NCBI GenBank assembly: GCA_036339465.1
Contig: JAYZAY010000072.1
Location: forward strand, 1-38,737
DNA from: Myxococcota bacterium
GTDB lineage: Bacteria > Myxococcota > XYA12-FULL-58-9 > JABJBS01
Direction of reading: 5' to 3'
DNA length: 38,737 nt
Under the pieces are notes generated by a model. That model worked only from the letters and a program-made list of their open reading frames with translations, made no database searches and had not been told where the DNA came from. Below are positions 1-8,519 of the stretch, piece after piece. Positions within the stretch are counted from its first letter, which is position 1; each line of letters starts with the position of its first letter. The translations under genes and the position numbers were made by a program.

Positions 1-1362
1 TTCCCAAAAGTGGAATCACAGGTGGGCGAGTTGGTCGCGCTGGCCCGAGAGCACGACCTTTGTCTTATCCCATATGGAGGAGGGACCAATGTTAGCGAAG
101 CCCTGAAATGCCAAAACGAGGAAGAACGGATTATTGTGTCGGTTGATGTTTGTGGGTTGAACAAAATCTTGTGGATTGATCCTGTCAACCACATGGCTTG
201 TATTCAGGCCGGGGCAGTAGGACGCAATATCGTTGCGCAATTGGCTGAGCATGGTTTTATCATGGGGCATGAGCCTGACAGTGTGGAGTTTTCCACATTG
301 GGGGGCTGGATTGCTACGCACGCGAGTGGAATGAAGAAGAATAAATACGGAAATATCGAGGATATTGTTCTGGATTTTCGAATGGTGACGGCAGAGGGCG
401 TCATTGAGAGAGTAGGCTTGTCTCCGCGGGAATCCACGGGTGTTGATTTGCGAAAAACAGCGTTTGGATCAGAAGGTAATCTGGGGTTTATTACCCAGGC
501 GACCGTCAAACTTTTTCCTTTGCCCGAGGTCCAGCGGTATGGATCTGTCCTTTTCAAGGATTTTGATAAGGGCCTAGACTTTCTTTATGAGCTTAGGCGA
601 ACGGGCTGTTTGCCTGCGAGTGTACGTTTGGTGGACAATGTACAGTTTCAGTTTTCAATGGCCTTAAAGCCTGCGAAGGCAGGTGCTGAGGCCTTGAAAA
701 GTAAACTCGAAAAAATTTATGCAACCAAGCTTCGAGGGTATAGTCCAGACCAGATGGTAGCGTGTACCATTGTTTTTGAAGGTTCCGAGGCAGAGGTGCG
801 AAACCAAGAACGGCAACTCTACGGCATCGCTGAAAAGCATGGAGGTATGAAGGCAGGTGCGAGCAATGGTGAAAAGGGCTACCAGCTGACCTATAGCATT
901 GCCTATATTCGAGACTTTGTGATGAACCATTATGTCCTTGCGGAATCCTTTGAGACATCGGTTGCTTGGAGCCAGGTTCGGGAACTTTGTGAACGCGTTA
1001 AAGAACGCGTACATGCTGAACACATCGCCTTGGGCCTGCCCGGTTTACCCTTTATTAGCTGCCGTGTGACTCAAACCTATGATACAGGGGTATGTGTCTA
1101 TTTCTACCTGGCCTATTATTACAAAGACGTGGACAAACCCTCAGAGATCTACTCGAAGTTAGAGCACGCTGCCCGTGACGAAGTACTTCTTCGAGGAGGG
1201 TCGCTTTCTCATCATCACGGGGTAGGCAAACTTCGGTCAACCTTTATGGAGCGCATTGAGTCTCCAGACTTGAGTCGTTTGAAGCTCAAAGTAAAGGAGT
1301 CCATGGATCCGGGCAACGTGTTTGGCGCAAACAACCATATGGCTCCTAGCCAGGCCAATTAG
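1..1362 (+). CDS. agps: Alkyldihydroxyacetonephosphate synthase (AGPS/ADPS, FAD-linked VAO-family oxidase), 5'-truncated by the window edge
   Basis: Frame is open from base 1. Motifs IPYGGGTNV, GHEPDSVEFSTLGGWIATHASGMKKNKYGNIED, GSEGNLG, SVRLVDNVQF, GYQLTYSIAYIRD, ESFETS, CRVTQTYDTGVCVYFY and GGSLSHHHGVGK closely match animal/protist AGPS as recalled. Confidence 0.9.
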   Translation, partial: FPKVESQVGELVALAREHDLCLIPYGGGTNVSEALKCQNEEERIIVSVDVCGLNKILWIDPVNHMACIQAGAVGRNIVAQLAEHGFIMGHEPDSVEFSTLGGWIATHASGMKKNKYGNIEDIVLDFRMVTAEGVIERVGLSPRESTGVDLRKTAFGSEGNLGFITQATVKLFPLPEVQRYGSVLFKDFDKGLDFLYELRRTGCLPASVRLVDNVQFQFSMALKPAKAGAEALKSKLEKIYATKLRGYSPDQMVACTIVFEGSEAEVRNQERQLYGIAEKHGGMKAGASNGEKGYQLTYSIAYIRDFVMNHYVLAESFETSVAWSQVRELCERVKERVHAEHIALGLPGLPFISCRVTQTYDTGVCVYFYLAYYYKDVDKPSEIYSKLEHAARDEVLLRGGSLSHHHGVGKLRSTFMERIESPDLSRLKLKVKESMDPGNVFGANNHMAPSQAN

Positions 1363-1382
1363 CGACCTAAGTGGAGTTTAAA

Positions 1383-4046
1383 ATGCGCGTGTTATTGACT
1401 GGTGTAACGGGATTTTTAGGTAAAGTGGTTCTGAGCGAACTCTTTCGGCATTGTGATTCAATTCCCATCGATTCTATTCATGTTTTGATTCGACGATCTG
1501 GGAATAAGTCTGCATTGGAGCGTTATGCAAGTATCGTCAGGAGGTCGCCTTGTTTTGAGGGTAAGGGGGATGCGTATTGGAATAGGGTTCATGTTGTAGA
1601 AGGCGAATTGGCGCAACCATACATGGGCTTGAGTGAGGAGTCCTATGGGTTGTTGGCCAATACAATTACCCACGTTATTCATTGTGCGGCTTCGGTTGAA
1701 TTTGATCTGCCTCTTGCAAAGGCCCTGCTAGCAAATGTGGACACGAGTCGAGAGCTGTTGGCATTTGCGCGCAAATCGCTTCGGATGAAGCGGGCTGTTT
1801 TTGTGTCGACTGCCTATGTTACGCCAGCGCGGCAAGTGGGGAATCGACCGATTAAAGAAAGACTGGCTAGGCTACCTCGTAAAGCAGCCGCTGTGCTTTC
1901 CGATATTCAAAATGGAACAGTATCTGAGGCCGACGTATTGGCGCAAACAGGTCATCCCAATACCTATACCTTTACGAAGTGTTTAAACGAACATCTTTGT
2001 GAGGAAAATCGAGGTGCGCTCGATTTGCGTTGGGTCCGACCGAGTATCATTTCGGCGAGTCTTCAATACCCAACGCCAGGCTGGATCGATTCCAAGGCCG
2101 CATTTGCAGGTTTCGTTGCTATGGCAGGAGCGGGACAGTTGAGAGTGTTGAAGGGTAATCCACAAACACGCTTGGATATTGTTCCTGTGGATAAAGTGGC
2201 CCTCGACATTATTGCCACTTTGTTGGAGGAACGTCGTGATATCGTAACGCCGTTTATTCGGCATTCGGTGGCGGGTTTGAGTAATTCACCCACCATTGCC
2301 CGTTGTGCATCTGTGGTGAGTGAGTATTTTCGACGGAATCGCGTTTTTGGACGCGGCGGTGTGAAACGCATTGAGCATGGGGTGGGGCGTTTTAAGTTTT
2401 GGGATGCTGTTCTGCATGGAGGGCCCAGCGTTTTATTGACAAATGTGGGAAAGCTTATAGGGGGTCCCCACATGGCGCGGCGGTCAAAGCTCGTTCGAGC
2501 CAGGCAAAAGTATCTTGCCGAGCAGTTTCATTATTTTATGACCCATACCTTCGATTTTGTAAGTCACTGTGAACCGCTCTCGGCTCATTTTCATCGTGCT
2601 GATTATATCCGTTTGGTTTGTGAAGGTGTCTATCGCTTTATCTTTCGGATGGATTCGAGCCAGGTGACAATAGCAGGAAAGAAGAGCCTACCGGGTGTGC
2701 CCGATTTTTTTTGGGCGCTATTGGCCGAGAAGGGTGATTTGACGGTTCGCAGTTTCGGATTTGTTTTGAAAAAATTGTCGCGATATTGTTTCGATAACGT
2801 AACCTATGACCATGAGAGTTTTCTGAGGGCGATGTCACAGGTGCGTCAGAATGAACGGGTGCTCATTATTCCCACTCATCGGAGTTATGCCGATTTTCTT
2901 TTATGCTCCTATCTATTCTTTAATAATCCGGAGATTGGGGTGGCTTTGCCCAATATCGCAGCCGATGAAAGCTTTGCCGGACTTCCGTTTCTAGGAGGCC
3001 TTTTTCGGGGCTCGAAGGCCTTTTTTCTGAAGAGGGGACTCGGTCAGGTGGAACCGGCTTTGGTCGAGAGGATCCGGAAACTTACCGGTGATGGGGAGGC
3101 CATCGAGTTCTTCATTGAAGGTAGTAGAAGCCGTGGGCGAGAGTACCAAACCCCTAAGGAAGGTCTTTTGCGGTGTCTTAAGGACACGGGTTTCGATTTT
3201 GCGATTCTTCCCGTCGCCATAAGTTATGATCGGGTGCCGGAAGAAAAGGCGTTGTTTGAGGAAATGCAGGGATTGCCGAAAAAGGGTATGCAGCTTTCCG
3301 GTTTGTTACGATGGATTTCGCAGGTACTTCAGGGGCAAGTCGAACTTGGACGCATCCACATTCGTTGTGGTGCTAAATTAAGTATGGGCGGGAGTTCGGA
3401 GGTAAGTGAGGTAGCGGAGAAAATTATGCACACTCTGCAAATATCCATGGCCGTGTCATCCTTTCACTTGGATGCGTTTGCCCGTGCGGAGAACTTAAGG
3501 TTGGCGGAAAGAGACGCGTTGTCGGCAATCCTTGAAGAGAAGGGGGTAAGCCTGGTCGAAAGTCCGTTGGCTGCGCACAATGAGATGCTTGGGGCGTCGG
3601 AGCTGAGTCTTCGGAATCAGTGGATGTTTTATCTCTACCCCGAGATAAAAGCGCTCTTCGAGTCTGATGAGATGGTGCAGCATTTTCTACGCAGCTCATC
3701 CTATGGGGATTTTGGAGATATTCCATCTTTGGAAAAGGAACGTTTGTTACGATTCGGGGAAATCTTAATCCGGCCAGTTCGCTTCAATTATGGTTTAGTT
3801 GCGAATCAACTAAGGAACATTGGAATGGACGGTAAGCTCGAGACCATGGGGGCACCGGTTATGAACGACGGTGTTTTTAAACCCTACTGGGATGCGGGGG
3901 TCGACTATTTTATCGAAAATGAAGTGCTTTCGGGGAAAAGGAAGGATGGCTTGAAATGGGGTTCCCAGGCCGAGTCTTTTCTGGCTGGGGATTTTACCGG
4001 TATTTCCATCGGCAGCGGAAAGGGTTTGAGGATGTGTTATGAATGA
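1383..4046 (+). CDS. Bifunctional fatty acyl-CoA reductase (FAR, male-sterility/NAD_binding_4) plus glycerolipid acyltransferase (PlsB/GNPAT-like); FARAT-type fusion
   Basis: N-terminal half has TGVTGFLGKV, HCAASVEF, HPNTYTFTK (YxxxK), RPSII, PGWID and DIVPVD (FAR). C-terminal half has PTHRSYADF (HxxxxD), AFFLKR, FFIEGSRSR and PVAISYDRVPE (acyltransferase blocks I-IV). ATG 1383 is preceded by GGAG at 1373-1376; the ORF track starts at GTG 1371. Confidence 0.88.
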   Translation: MRVLLTGVTGFLGKVVLSELFRHCDSIPIDSIHVLIRRSGNKSALERYASIVRRSPCFEGKGDAYWNRVHVVEGELAQPYMGLSEESYGLLANTITHVIHCAASVEFDLPLAKALLANVDTSRELLAFARKSLRMKRAVFVSTAYVTPARQVGNRPIKERLARLPRKAAAVLSDIQNGTVSEADVLAQTGHPNTYTFTKCLNEHLCEENRGALDLRWVRPSIISASLQYPTPGWIDSKAAFAGFVAMAGAGQLRVLKGNPQTRLDIVPVDKVALDIIATLLEERRDIVTPFIRHSVAGLSNSPTIARCASVVSEYFRRNRVFGRGGVKRIEHGVGRFKFWDAVLHGGPSVLLTNVGKLIGGPHMARRSKLVRARQKYLAEQFHYFMTHTFDFVSHCEPLSAHFHRADYIRLVCEGVYRFIFRMDSSQVTIAGKKSLPGVPDFFWALLAEKGDLTVRSFGFVLKKLSRYCFDNVTYDHESFLRAMSQVRQNERVLIIPTHRSYADFLLCSYLFFNNPEIGVALPNIAADESFAGLPFLGGLFRGSKAFFLKRGLGQVEPALVERIRKLTGDGEAIEFFIEGSRSRGREYQTPKEGLLRCLKDTGFDFAILPVAISYDRVPEEKALFEEMQGLPKKGMQLSGLLRWISQVLQGQVELGRIHIRCGAKLSMGGSSEVSEVAEKIMHTLQISMAVSSFHLDAFARAENLRLAERDALSAILEEKGVSLVESPLAAHNEMLGASELSLRNQWMFYLYPEIKALFESDEMVQHFLRSSSYGDFGDIPSLEKERLLRFGEILIRPVRFNYGLVANQLRNIGMDGKLETMGAPVMNDGVFKPYWDAGVDYFIENEVLSGKRKDGLKWGSQAESFLAGDFTGISIGSGKGLRMCYE

Positions 4047-5103
4047 TATTGAAAAGACCACTTTCCTGGTCACGGGTGCCACTGGGTTTTTAGGACGTCA
4101 CGTTATTTCAATCCTTTTGGAGAAGGGCGCAAGTGTTATTGCTGTTGTTCGCAATAAATCCAATTGGGATGCGCTCCAATGGACACATGGGGTGGGTGAT
4201 ATATCCGTGGTGGAATCACCGCTTGACGATGTGGAGTTGATGGGACGGGAAACTCTGAATGTGCTTCAAGAAGGGCACGCTGTGAAGGGGCTGTTTCATT
4301 TGGCAGCCTATGTAGATCATGGGCGCCATAACAGTGCTGAAGTTTTCGAGACCAATTGCCAGGGGACCAAATCAATGATCCTGTTGGCGAAATTCCTCTC
4401 GTGCAAAATGTTGTTTGTGTCGACATCTGGAACCGTTGCGTCATTCGAACACCCCGACGACTGGGCCGATGAGCATTCTGATATAGGACTTGAGCCTGTA
4501 AAACGTTGGCCCTATTATCACTCTAAGGCTTTGGCGGAAATTGAGTCTAGAGCCTTGGCTTCAGAAATCGGGGTTACGCTCATTATTATACGGCCGCCGG
4601 CGATGCTGGGGCCAGGGGACCACCGCTTCCGTTCGACAAAACACATCCTTAAAATGCTTTTGGGGAAATTGCCTTTCCTTATTGATGGCGGGATCAATTT
4701 TGTTGATATTCGGGATGCTGCAGCGGCTATGGTTGCAGCCTTGGAATTGACGTATCCAAAAGAAGTTTATCATTTAAATGGCACCGAGTGTGGTATCCGG
4801 GAATTCTTCGATATGGTTGCAGCTGTGTCCGGAGCGAAGGCGCCAACTGTGGTCCTGCCCTATGGATTGGCCCATGGTATTGCCTCGGGTGTGGATATAC
4901 TTCGCCAAAACCTTGGATTATCGATTCAAGGAATCCCAGAACCTGTGGTGGTGGAAATGGCTTCCCGGCATTGGGGACTTAAATCACGGTATTCGAAATC
5001 GGAATTGGGGTATATCTCTCGTGAGCCGCTTCAGACACTGGCAGATACCGTGACGTGGTTGCGGAAAAATCACCCGGTGTTGAAGTTGGACCGAGCGAGA
5101 TAG
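4039..5103 (+). CDS. NAD-dependent epimerase/dehydratase family extended SDR (dihydroflavonol reductase/HpnA-like)
   Basis: TGATGFLG Rossmann motif, HLAA, YYHSK (YxxxK), RPPAMLGPGD, FVDIRDAA. Overlaps the upstream stop by 8 nt (ATGAATGA), suggesting translational coupling. Confidence 0.82.
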   Translation: MNDIEKTTFLVTGATGFLGRHVISILLEKGASVIAVVRNKSNWDALQWTHGVGDISVVESPLDDVELMGRETLNVLQEGHAVKGLFHLAAYVDHGRHNSAEVFETNCQGTKSMILLAKFLSCKMLFVSTSGTVASFEHPDDWADEHSDIGLEPVKRWPYYHSKALAEIESRALASEIGVTLIIIRPPAMLGPGDHRFRSTKHILKMLLGKLPFLIDGGINFVDIRDAAAAMVAALELTYPKEVYHLNGTECGIREFFDMVAAVSGAKAPTVVLPYGLAHGIASGVDILRQNLGLSIQGIPEPVVVEMASRHWGLKSRYSKSELGYISREPLQTLADTVTWLRKNHPVLKLDRAR

Positions 5104-5105
5104 CC

Positions 5106-5873
5106 TTACTTGGGAGGCATACGCAATGCACCATCAATTCGAATGGTCTCACCGTTGATATAGGGGTTCTCGGCTATCTGTTGCACTAAAAGGGCATACT
5201 GCTCAGGTTTCCCGAGTGCTTTAGGAAATGGGATGCCTGCTGCTATTGCTTGGCGTGTTTCTTGGGGTAGTATTCCCAAAAGAGGCGTGTCAAAAAGTCC
5301 GGGGGCGATGGCGCAGCACCGAATGCCCAGAACGGAGAGATCGCGGGCAACCGGCAGGGTCATTCCGATTACCCCACCTTTTGATGCGCTGTAGGCAGCC
5401 TGCCCAATCTGCCCTTCGTATGCTGCGATGGAGGCTGTATTGATGATGACACCGCGTTCGTTTTCGTCCCTTGGCTCATACTTGCTCATGGCTGAAGCTG
5501 CAAGGCGGGTCATGTTGAAGGTTCCGAAGAGATTGACTTCGATTGTTTTTTTGAAGTTCGCGAAGTCATGGGGGCTGCCGTCTCGGTTCAAAGTGCGACC
5601 AGCCGTGCCGATGCCTGCGCAGTTGACAGCGATTCGTAGCTCTCCCATTTCTGTGGCTTTGGCAATGGCAGCACTTACGTCATCTTCGGATGCTACATTG
5701 GTTTTTACGAATGCCGCGTTTTCGCCGAGTTCTTGGGCGATCGACATGCCCCGGTCTTCGTTGAGGTCGGCCAAAACCACTTTGGCGCCAGAACTGTGCA
5801 GTTTTCGGGCTGTGGCTTCCCCTAGGCCAGAGGCTCCACCGGTAATAATTGCAACGCTACTTCCTATATCCAT
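5106..5873 (-). CDS. SDR, 3-hydroxyacyl-CoA dehydrogenase type II (HSD17B10-like)
   Basis: TGGASGLG, VNCAGI, ERGVIINTASIAAYEGQIGQAAYSASKGG, LPVARDL and NGETIRIDGALRMPPK are characteristic of the HSD10 subfamily; AAGGA SD upstream. Confidence 0.9.
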   Translation of the reverse strand: MDIGSSVAIITGGASGLGEATARKLHSSGAKVVLADLNEDRGMSIAQELGENAAFVKTNVASEDDVSAAIAKATEMGELRIAVNCAGIGTAGRTLNRDGSPHDFANFKKTIEVNLFGTFNMTRLAASAMSKYEPRDENERGVIINTASIAAYEGQIGQAAYSASKGGVIGMTLPVARDLSVLGIRCCAIAPGLFDTPLLGILPQETRQAIAAGIPFPKALGKPEQYALLVQQIAENPYINGETIRIDGALRMPPK

Positions 5874-5993
5874 GGTTGGTGTCCTTTTTGTAAAGTCTGG
5901 CTGGCTCTATAAGGAACCAACTCGCCGGCAAATATGATACCGGGTGAAATCCTGCAAGGGAAACAATCTTGCGGAGGGTAGAGAATAGATAAC

Positions 5994-7241
5994 TTACGTT
6001 ATTTTAGGTGTTTGACTTGCGATGACGCGCATGACGTTCAGCCATGCAAGCAGTCTTGGGGTGACAAAAGGCTTACCGGTGTTCATGAGGCAGACACTGA
6101 TATCCCGGTCAGGGTCGGCGTAGGCCAACACATTGGTGAACCCCAAGTGTCCGAATGCGTGGCGACTGTTGAACCCATAAAAGCTGAGATAGTCTCCACC
6201 GAGCATAAAACCCATGCTGTAGCGAACAGGCAGGGCAAGCGTTGTGTCGATTTCCATGTAGCTTTGTTCGGCCACGGCTCTTCGAATGGTGCGCTTATCG
6301 AAGAGCCGGAGTCCGTCGAGTTGACCCTCTCGGAGTAATAGCTCGAAAAATCGGCACGTCTCATTTGCGGTCGAAATAATATTTGCGGAAGGAATGATCG
6401 ATGTAAGGAAACGATGGTCATTGGAAATACGCACTGCTTCGCGAATGTCTACACCCAATGACCGCTCGAGTAGCCATCGATAGGGAACAGCGGGTGGGGG
6501 GCCGGTGTAGGCGTGTTGTGCCACCTCGGGAACGAGTTTTATAGGCACGCCGTAATTGAAATGCTTGAAATTGAGCGGAGTGGTTATTTCCTTTTCTAGG
6601 AATTGCCTAGGGTCCATCCCTGTGACTCGATAGATAATTTCACCTAGAATGAATCCACCTGTAATTGCGTGATAGGCCAAAAAGCGTCCGGGATGAGAAG
6701 TGGGTTCGGAGCGACAAAGCACATCAAGGATGGCATCGCGATTGGTCAGGATTTCTACGGGATTTTCATGGCCCGGATTATTTGGGATTCCGGCTCGGTG
6801 TGTCAAAATATGCCGAATGCTGATGTGTCTCTTTTTGCCGTGTCTGAATTCGGGAATATATTCAGCCACGGAATCGTCTACGTGGATGTCCCCTCTTTCA
6901 TCCAGTAAATGGATCAACATTGCGGTAACGACCTTCGAGGCCGAAAAAAGGTTAAAAAGGGTGTCGGGTGTAGCGAGGGTTTTCTCAACCATCGGGCTGT
7001 CATTGGGGGCATTACCTCGGGCATGACCGATGGCCCGGTCGATGACGACTTTTCCGTGCCTTCGAATGCAGAGGGAAATCGCAGGGTGCAAGCCGGTGGC
7101 ATAAAGTAGACGTACTGACTTCCAAATTTTGTCGACGTTGGTCTTACTTAGCCCTGCTTCAGAGGCGGAGACTTCCCGATTGGAAATGGTCGTTACTTCA
7201 TCAGCAGGGAAGACATTTATAAGTTGTTCAAATAACGACAT
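5994..7241 (-). CDS. Serine hydrolase, beta-lactamase fold (family VIII esterase, LipE-like)
   Basis: FSASK (SxxK), ILTHRAG, AYHAITGG (Y motif), FGHLGFTN. Confidence 0.85.
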   Translation of the reverse strand: MSLFEQLINVFPADEVTTISNREVSASEAGLSKTNVDKIWKSVRLLYATGLHPAISLCIRRHGKVVIDRAIGHARGNAPNDSPMVEKTLATPDTLFNLFSASKVVTAMLIHLLDERGDIHVDDSVAEYIPEFRHGKKRHISIRHILTHRAGIPNNPGHENPVEILTNRDAILDVLCRSEPTSHPGRFLAYHAITGGFILGEIIYRVTGMDPRQFLEKEITTPLNFKHFNYGVPIKLVPEVAQHAYTGPPPAVPYRWLLERSLGVDIREAVRISNDHRFLTSIIPSANIISTANETCRFFELLLREGQLDGLRLFDKRTIRRAVAEQSYMEIDTTLALPVRYSMGFMLGGDYLSFYGFNSRHAFGHLGFTNVLAYADPDRDISVCLMNTGKPFVTPRLLAWLNVMRVIASQTPKIT

Positions 7242-7433
7242 TTTATCAAGGATTGTGATCTACGGGTAGTTTGGACAAGAGTTCTTGTTAAAATCAAATA
7301 GTTACCACCACATGGTCAATCTATACGGGAAAGTCAATGGATCAAGGCATCGTGGGCAAAGTTGACGAAGTCGGTATTTGTCGTGCAGAATAAAGAGAGG
7401 GCAGGGGACTAGGTAAGCCAAACAAGAAGTGGG

Positions 7434-8405
7434 GTGTTTATGAAGGGAGTCGACCGTCTTGGAGAAATGAATACCTCGAGGGTGGCGCAGAGCGTCCCTG
7501 AATTTAAATTATCAACTTTGGATTATCTACGGCGCCGTTATGGGCTCTCGAACTGGTTGGATACCCTACTATTGAATCATGTGGAGCGTAGGGGGTTTAA
7601 GCGTTTGTGGTTCGAAGCAAAAGAGGGGCGTCAACATGCTTTGGTGGGATCTGGCGATGGGCGCTGTGCACCCGTTGCCCTCTTACATGGTCTTGGTTCT
7701 GCATCTGTTCACTATAGTCAACTTGTGAGGTACTTGCGGCCGTACGTTAAGAGCGTGGTTATGCCTGATAATCCAGGGCATGGTTTCAGCGAACAACCAG
7801 ATGGGTTGCGGGGCCATGATGAGTTTCAGGCTACCATTAATAGCCATTTAGACAGTCTATTAAAAGAGCCTGCTTATCTTTTTGGGAATTCCTTAGGTGG
7901 ATTCGCGGCGATTCGTTATGCTCTTAGGCGGCCGGAAATGGTTAAGGGGCTGGTGCTGTGTTCCCCAGGGGGCGCCCAGATGTCAGAAGCCAAGTTGGAC
8001 GAGTTTCTTAGTCGATTCAATCTTAATAATTATAGAGAAGCGGCCGAGTTTATGGAGCAGGTTTTCGGTAAGCGACATAGGTTAACGCCTCTGATGGCGT
8101 GGAGGATCAAAGCGCGTTTTAATCGACCCCTCCTCCAATATCGTCTGAATACATTTCGTTCGAATGAGCTTCTTGATGCAGGGGAATTGAGGAGATTGCA
8201 GGTTCCTATTTTACTTATCTGGGGAAAGAGGGACAAGATTTTACCCCCAAGTTCGAAATCGTTTTTTATGGAAAACCTCCCCAAGCATGCACAGACCGTT
8301 GAACCGGAAAATTTTGGTCATGCCCCCTTTCTTCTGCACCCAAGGAAGGTGGGAGGTCTGATTGTGGATTTCATTCATGGGTGTGAGTGGGCACTGAATG
8401 TATAA
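7434..8405 (+). CDS. Alpha/beta-fold hydrolase (lipase/esterase); true start may be ATG 7440 or 7467
   Basis: LLHGLGS oxyanion loop, DNPGHG, GNSLGG nucleophile elbow, WGKRD (Asp), GHAP (His). Confidence 0.85.
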   Translation: MFMKGVDRLGEMNTSRVAQSVPEFKLSTLDYLRRRYGLSNWLDTLLLNHVERRGFKRLWFEAKEGRQHALVGSGDGRCAPVALLHGLGSASVHYSQLVRYLRPYVKSVVMPDNPGHGFSEQPDGLRGHDEFQATINSHLDSLLKEPAYLFGNSLGGFAAIRYALRRPEMVKGLVLCSPGGAQMSEAKLDEFLSRFNLNNYREAAEFMEQVFGKRHRLTPLMAWRIKARFNRPLLQYRLNTFRSNELLDAGELRRLQVPILLIWGKRDKILPPSSKSFFMENLPKHAQTVEPENFGHAPFLLHPRKVGGLIVDFIHGCEWALNV

Positions 8406-8476
8406 TTATTAAGGTCGTTTAGGGGCGTTTTTTCTTTCGCACTTGCCACGGCCTTAATTTCTTTTGAGCAATCGTC

Positions 8477-8490
8477 TAGAACGTGTTCCA
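8477..8490. promoter_or_regulatory. KstR-type operator TAGAACGTGTTCCA
   Basis: Matches TnnAACnnGTTnnA; intergenic, 29 nt before the probable ALDH start. Confidence 0.8.
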
Positions 8491-8519
8491 TTTATTCCAG
8501 AGTGTGGCATGATGTTGCC

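Noticed and set aside
5994..7241. Beta-lactamase as an antibiotic resistance gene
   Set aside because: No signal peptide; LipE/family VIII esterase-type motifs in a lipid-metabolism context.
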